64,000 nt of DNA from contig OX597814.1 in NCBI GenBank assembly GCA_951406725.2, positions 7,564,001 through 7,628,000 of the forward strand, in the 5' to 3' direction. The stretch is from Octopus vulgaris (Eukaryota). The position numbers and the translations under genes were made by a program. A model generated the notes under the pieces. The model worked only from the letters and a program-made list of their open reading frames with translations. It searched no databases and was not told where the DNA came from. This document shows, one piece after another, positions 59,324 through 64,000 of the stretch (its first letter is position 1; each line of letters begins with the position of its first letter).

Positions 59324-60680
59324 GCATATATATATATATATATATATATATACACCTACACTCCCACATACATACATACACACGCACACGCATACATACA
59401 CACACACGCGCATACATACATACTTTACATACGTACACACACATACTTACATACATTCATACCTTCACTCATACATACATACATACATACACACACACAC
59501 AAACATACACAGACACACACCTATACATACATACACACATACACTTATACACACACGCCTACACACATACATACACACACACATACACACACACACATAT
59601 ACTTACACACATACACGCATGCACACATACATACATACACACATACATACATACATACATACATACACACACACACTTCAACACATACATACATACACAC
59701 ACACATACATACATACACACACACCTATACACACACACATACATACATACATACACACACACCTATACATACACACATACTTACACTCATACGAACACAT
59801 ACACACAGACATACACACACACATACACACTCACACATACATACATACAAACACGCATACCTACACACACACTCGCATGCACGCGCACACACATGCATGC
59901 ACGCACGGCTGTGGGCTCTGCCTATATCTCTGGTTCGTGTCTGGGCCGGCGCGTTGTGCCTGGGGTTTCTCTTGCGCCTGTCACCGCGGGAGTATTTTCC
60001 ATCATTCCTTCAGTTGCGAAGTGTTTCCTTGCATGCAGATATATACACACACATAAACATATAAACACACATATAATACCCCTACATTTTGTACACACAC
60101 GCACATACATACATACATTCACTCCCACGCACTCACACACACACATTTACATATATATATACAATACACGCACACACACTTACACACGTACAAACACACA
60201 CGAATTCACATGCACACCGGCACATACATACACGCAACATATACCTCCACGCGCACGCACACATACACATACGTACACACATATACGCACAGACACACAC
60301 ATACATACATGCACACAATTATACATATACGCACATATAAGCACACTCACACATACACTCAGTTAAGCACAGTTACTCGCCATACACACAAAACAACGCA
60401 CACGTACACACACATACTACAACAAAACACACACACGAGACGTATACACGCACACACACATTCCCCTTCTTCCTCCTTTTGTTTCTGACCTGTGACTCGC
60501 TACGGCCACAGCCTTCGCCCAACATGCACACACATACACACACACGCACACACTAATAAACACACACCCCTGTCATCTCGCACACCCTTGCTACTGCTGC
60601 TTGCCACTAGCCGTCGCCCAACATATACACACATACACACACACGCACACGCACACACACACACACACACACACCCTTTT
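59111..60680. repeat. (TATC)n followed by (TA)n/(CA)n/(TACA)n low-complexity tract
   Basis: Visible directly; source of the H/T/Y/I-rich spurious ORFs. Confidence 0.95.
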
Positions 60681-60844
60681 CATCTCGCACACTGGTGTTT
60701 TACCTTCCTTCTTTTCCCGCTCTCTTGTCTTTGAAAACCTGTCCCCTCTTGTCTACCACTTCCGCCTTTCAGTATGTTTACCTCGTGAAGACCACTTGCA
60801 TTTTTTTCCCTCTGTCCTCCCACCTCGGGATCTTTCTTTCTCCG

Positions 60845-60882
60845 ATGTTTCCGACGAAGAGCTCCGCTCGAAACGTCATACC
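60845..60882 (+). ncRNA. Variant minimal hammerhead-like motif (PLE pLTR type)
   Basis: CCGACGA-A-GAGC-tcc-GCTC-GAAA-CGTC. Stem II GAGC/GCTC, palindromic ACGT stem III, but U4->C in core and weak stem I. Confidence 0.5.
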
Positions 60883-60972
60883 CTCCTTCTTCCTTTTCTT
60901 CCTGAGCGCCCAATAATACCCTAATTGTTCCACATCCTGCGTTGTTGTCTTTTTGCTTTCTTGTTTGGATTA

Positions 60973-61042
<70 letters not shown>

Positions 61043-61159
61043 CACACACACATCTATATATATATACATATTTATATATATATTGATATATACTTATATA
61101 TATATATTTATATACATCTATATGTATACGTATACATCTATATCTATAGAAATACAGCT

Positions 61160-63990
61160 ATACGCTCTTCTACAGAAAGGGACACAGAAAAAAAACAAGG
61201 AGAGAAAAAATCTGTGTAGTGGCTAACGATCTATCATGGCGACTAGTGCCGGACAGAAGGGTCAAACACGAGAAGGAAAGTAGGGGAGATAACAAAGTGA
61301 AGATGACCCTCAACACAAAGGTACGTGCGTGTATAAGAGAGTATGCATGAAAGAGGGCTGGTGGTCTGGATGTGTGCGTGTATGTATGTGTAAGTGTGAA
61401 GATGTGGGGATGGGTGTGTGGGTGGTGTGGTGTGATGTGATGTGTAATGTTGTATGGTGTGGTGTGATCTTGTTGGAAGGTGGGAGGCGAGTGTGGGGAA
61501 AGCACGGGTGGGGTGTGCGTTCGACTGAGGGTTGGGGTAGAGTTGGAGTTTGTGGGTAGGCTGAGGGTGGGGGTAGAGGTGGGGTGTGTGGGATAGAATA
61601 GGGGATGGGATGGGTGGATAGGGAAGTGTAGGGGTGGGTGGGCTTATGGGGGGAGGGGAATGTGGGTAAGTGAGGAGAGAAGAGAGTAAAATAGAAGAGA
61701 GAAAGAGAGGGTGAAAGAGTCGGAGAGAAAAGAGAAAGAGAATAAGAGAGGAGAGAGAAACAGAGTATGAGGTAAAGTGGAAGAGAGAGAGTAGGAGAGA
61801 AGAGAGTAAGAGAGAAGAGGGAAAGAGAGTAGGGGTAGAGAGAAGTAGGAGTCGGGGCAAGAGAGGAGAGTTGGGTGGGAAGAAGGAGGAGTGAGGGGGA
61901 GAGAGTAGAGAAGGAGAGTGAGCGAGCAGAGAGTAAGAGAGAAGAGGGAAAGAGAATAAGGGTGAAAATGTAGGAGTGAAGAGAAGTAGGAGTCGGGGAG
62001 GAGGTTAGATGAAAAGGGGAGGAGAGTTGAGCCCAAATGGCGTAAAAGAGCGAAGAGAGAAGATTAATCCCTGTTCACGGTGCAAACGGGAGTCCGGATG
62101 ACCTCTGTGCAAGGACAATCCGAACACAGACAGATGTTGCAAGGAGTGACCAGTGGAGCGGAAATGGTGTCATTGCCGAGGTGGATGTCTCGGAGGTGTT
62201 CCGCGAACCGGTCAACCAAGCGGTGTCCTGTTTGTCCGATATACAGGGAATGGCAGAGAGAGCAGAATATGCAATAGATGATATTTCTGGAGGTGCAGGT
62301 GAAGGAGTCGATGATGCGATAGGGTCGATGATGGGTGCCGGGGAGGAGGGTGGTGTTGGAGAGGTAAGGGCAAGTGCGACAGCGTGGGCGGGAGCAGGGG
62401 AACGAGCCAGGTTGGGAGGTAGGGTTGGGGAAGAAGTTAAGGACCAAGAGGACTCGTAGGTTGTGGGCTCGTTTGAAGGAGGAGAGGGGTCTGTTAGGGA
62501 AGATGTGTGAAGTGGACGGGTTGGACTGGAGATGCCGGAAAGCTCGGAGAATGGTGCGTTGGAGAGGTAGGGTGGTGGGGTGGTAGGTGAGGGGAAAAGG
62601 GAGCGGGGAGACTTCAGGGTGGGGTGGGGGTGGGGGAGAACAGATGCACGGTCTACGGAGCGTGCTCTGACAAGGGCGGTGTGGATAGTGGTGGGGATAT
62701 CCACGTAAGATGAAGTGGCAAAGTCTCAAAGTCATGGTCATCACTATAGAGCCTGCGTAGATGGAGGAATTGGGAATAGGGGATGGAAAGCTTGGTGTAT
62801 TTGGGGTGGGAGGAGAAGTTTAGGTATGAGTGTGAGTCTGTATGTTTGTAGTGGATGGAGGTGGTAAGAGTAGAGTGATGAATGCTGACCGAAATGTCAA
62901 GAAAGGAGACAGAGGTGTCAGAGATAGTGCAGGAGAAGTGGAGGGCAGGATGGAAAGATTTGACGAAAGAGAGGAAGGAGTCTTGATGTTCGCGGGAGAG
63001 TGAGGTGGCACCGATACAGTCGTCAATATAACGGCCATATAGTTCGGGAGTGGGACCAGTGAAACTAGAGAATATTTGGGCCTCAACATAGCCAACGAAC
63101 AGGTTCGCATAGTTGGGGCCCATTCTCTTCTCCATGGTCACTCCCGAGACCTGCTGGTAAAACTCGCCCGCGAACGAGAAGCAGTTGAGTGAGAGGACAA
63201 GTTCGGCCAGACGAACGAGTGTGGAGGTGTAAGGCTGGGAAGTGTTTCAGTGAATGCAGCCCCTCGTTGCGAGGGATCACAGTGTAGAGTCTCTGGATGT
63301 CCATTATAAGGAGAAGTTTGGAGGGAAGGAGAAAGAGCTGAATAGACGAAGAGCATGGTTTGTGTCATGGATGTGACAAGGAAGAGAAGCCACTAGGGGG
63401 TGCAAGGATACGGTCGAGATATTTGGAGATAAGCTCGGTGGGGCAGTTACAGGCGGTGACGATGGGGCGGCCAAGGTTGTTGGGTTTGTGGATTTGGGGG
63501 AGGAAGTTAATGGTGGGGATGCGGGGAGTTCGGACAATGATGTTGGATGCGGTGTGGGGGAGGTGGGAGGACGAGATGAGGTCATGGATGGTTGAGGAGA
63601 CCGTCTATTGGTAGCTGGGCGTGGGGTCAGACGACAGAGGGCAGTAGAAGGAGGTGTCATGGAGTTGGCAGAGAGCTTCGGCCTTGTAGAGGTCCACATG
63701 CCATACCACCACAGCTCCACCCTTGTTGGCCGGTTTAATAACGATGTCAGTGTGCCGTCGGAGGGATCGAAGAGCCGAGAGTTTGGCTGGGGAGATGTTG
63801 AGACGATGGGAACACCTGGAGAAGTTGAACCGCTCTAAAGTGCACTGACAGACGCCCGAGAAAAGATCCACTGCTTGGAACTGGCCAGGAGCAGGCGTCC
63901 ACTGGGATGGTTGGCGGACCAGGTGAGTGAAGCAGTCCTCCTCGTTTGATGCGGGTGGATAAGGGTTATTTAGTGTGCACTTTTCCATAT
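61160..63990 (-). mobile_element. Penelope-like element (Neptune-type Cys linker), frameshifted RT + GIY-YIG, with long pyrimidine-rich 3' region
   Basis: IVIKPANKGGAVVV, MDIQRLYTVIP, MGPNYANLFVG, RYIDD, PCSRPRCRTC, NIIYCIFCSLCHSLYIGQTG. Confidence 0.9.
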
Positions 63991-64000
63991 ATACATATAT

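Noticed and set aside
59009-60488. Long His/Thr/Tyr/Ile-rich ORFs (up to 351 aa)
   Set aside because: Translations of (TATC)n/(TA)n/(CA)n microsatellites.

Overview
AT-rich, repeat-dense animal genomic DNA. The SINE families suggest an octopus or other coleoid cephalopod (inference). One host gene is readable by hand on the + strand: the 3' part of a macrodomain-containing mono-ADP-ribosyltransferase (PARP14/PARP15-like). It has 8 GT-AG exons between 5426 and 39845 whose splice phases join into one open frame of 419 codons: end of one macrodomain, a complete macrodomain, then directly an ART/PARP domain with an H-Y-I triad and no WWE. Its 5' part lies upstream of the window. The introns are packed with decayed R4/Dong-type RLE retrotransposons (all antisense, mostly ending at (TAA)n), RTE LINEs, Penelope-like elements, SINEs and a Tc1 relic. 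Downstream are a 24-bp UGUA-rich minisatellite in the putative 3'UTR, Penelope remnants carrying minimal hammerhead ribozymes (one inside a ~165-bp inverted-repeat unit), and two near full-length head-to-head Tx1/L1-clade retrotransposons. Both Tx1 copies are bounded at each end by (TATC)n in element-sense orientation, suggesting a (GATA/TATC)n-microsatellite-targeting family. Most short ORFs in the supplied track are microsatellite or antisense artefacts.
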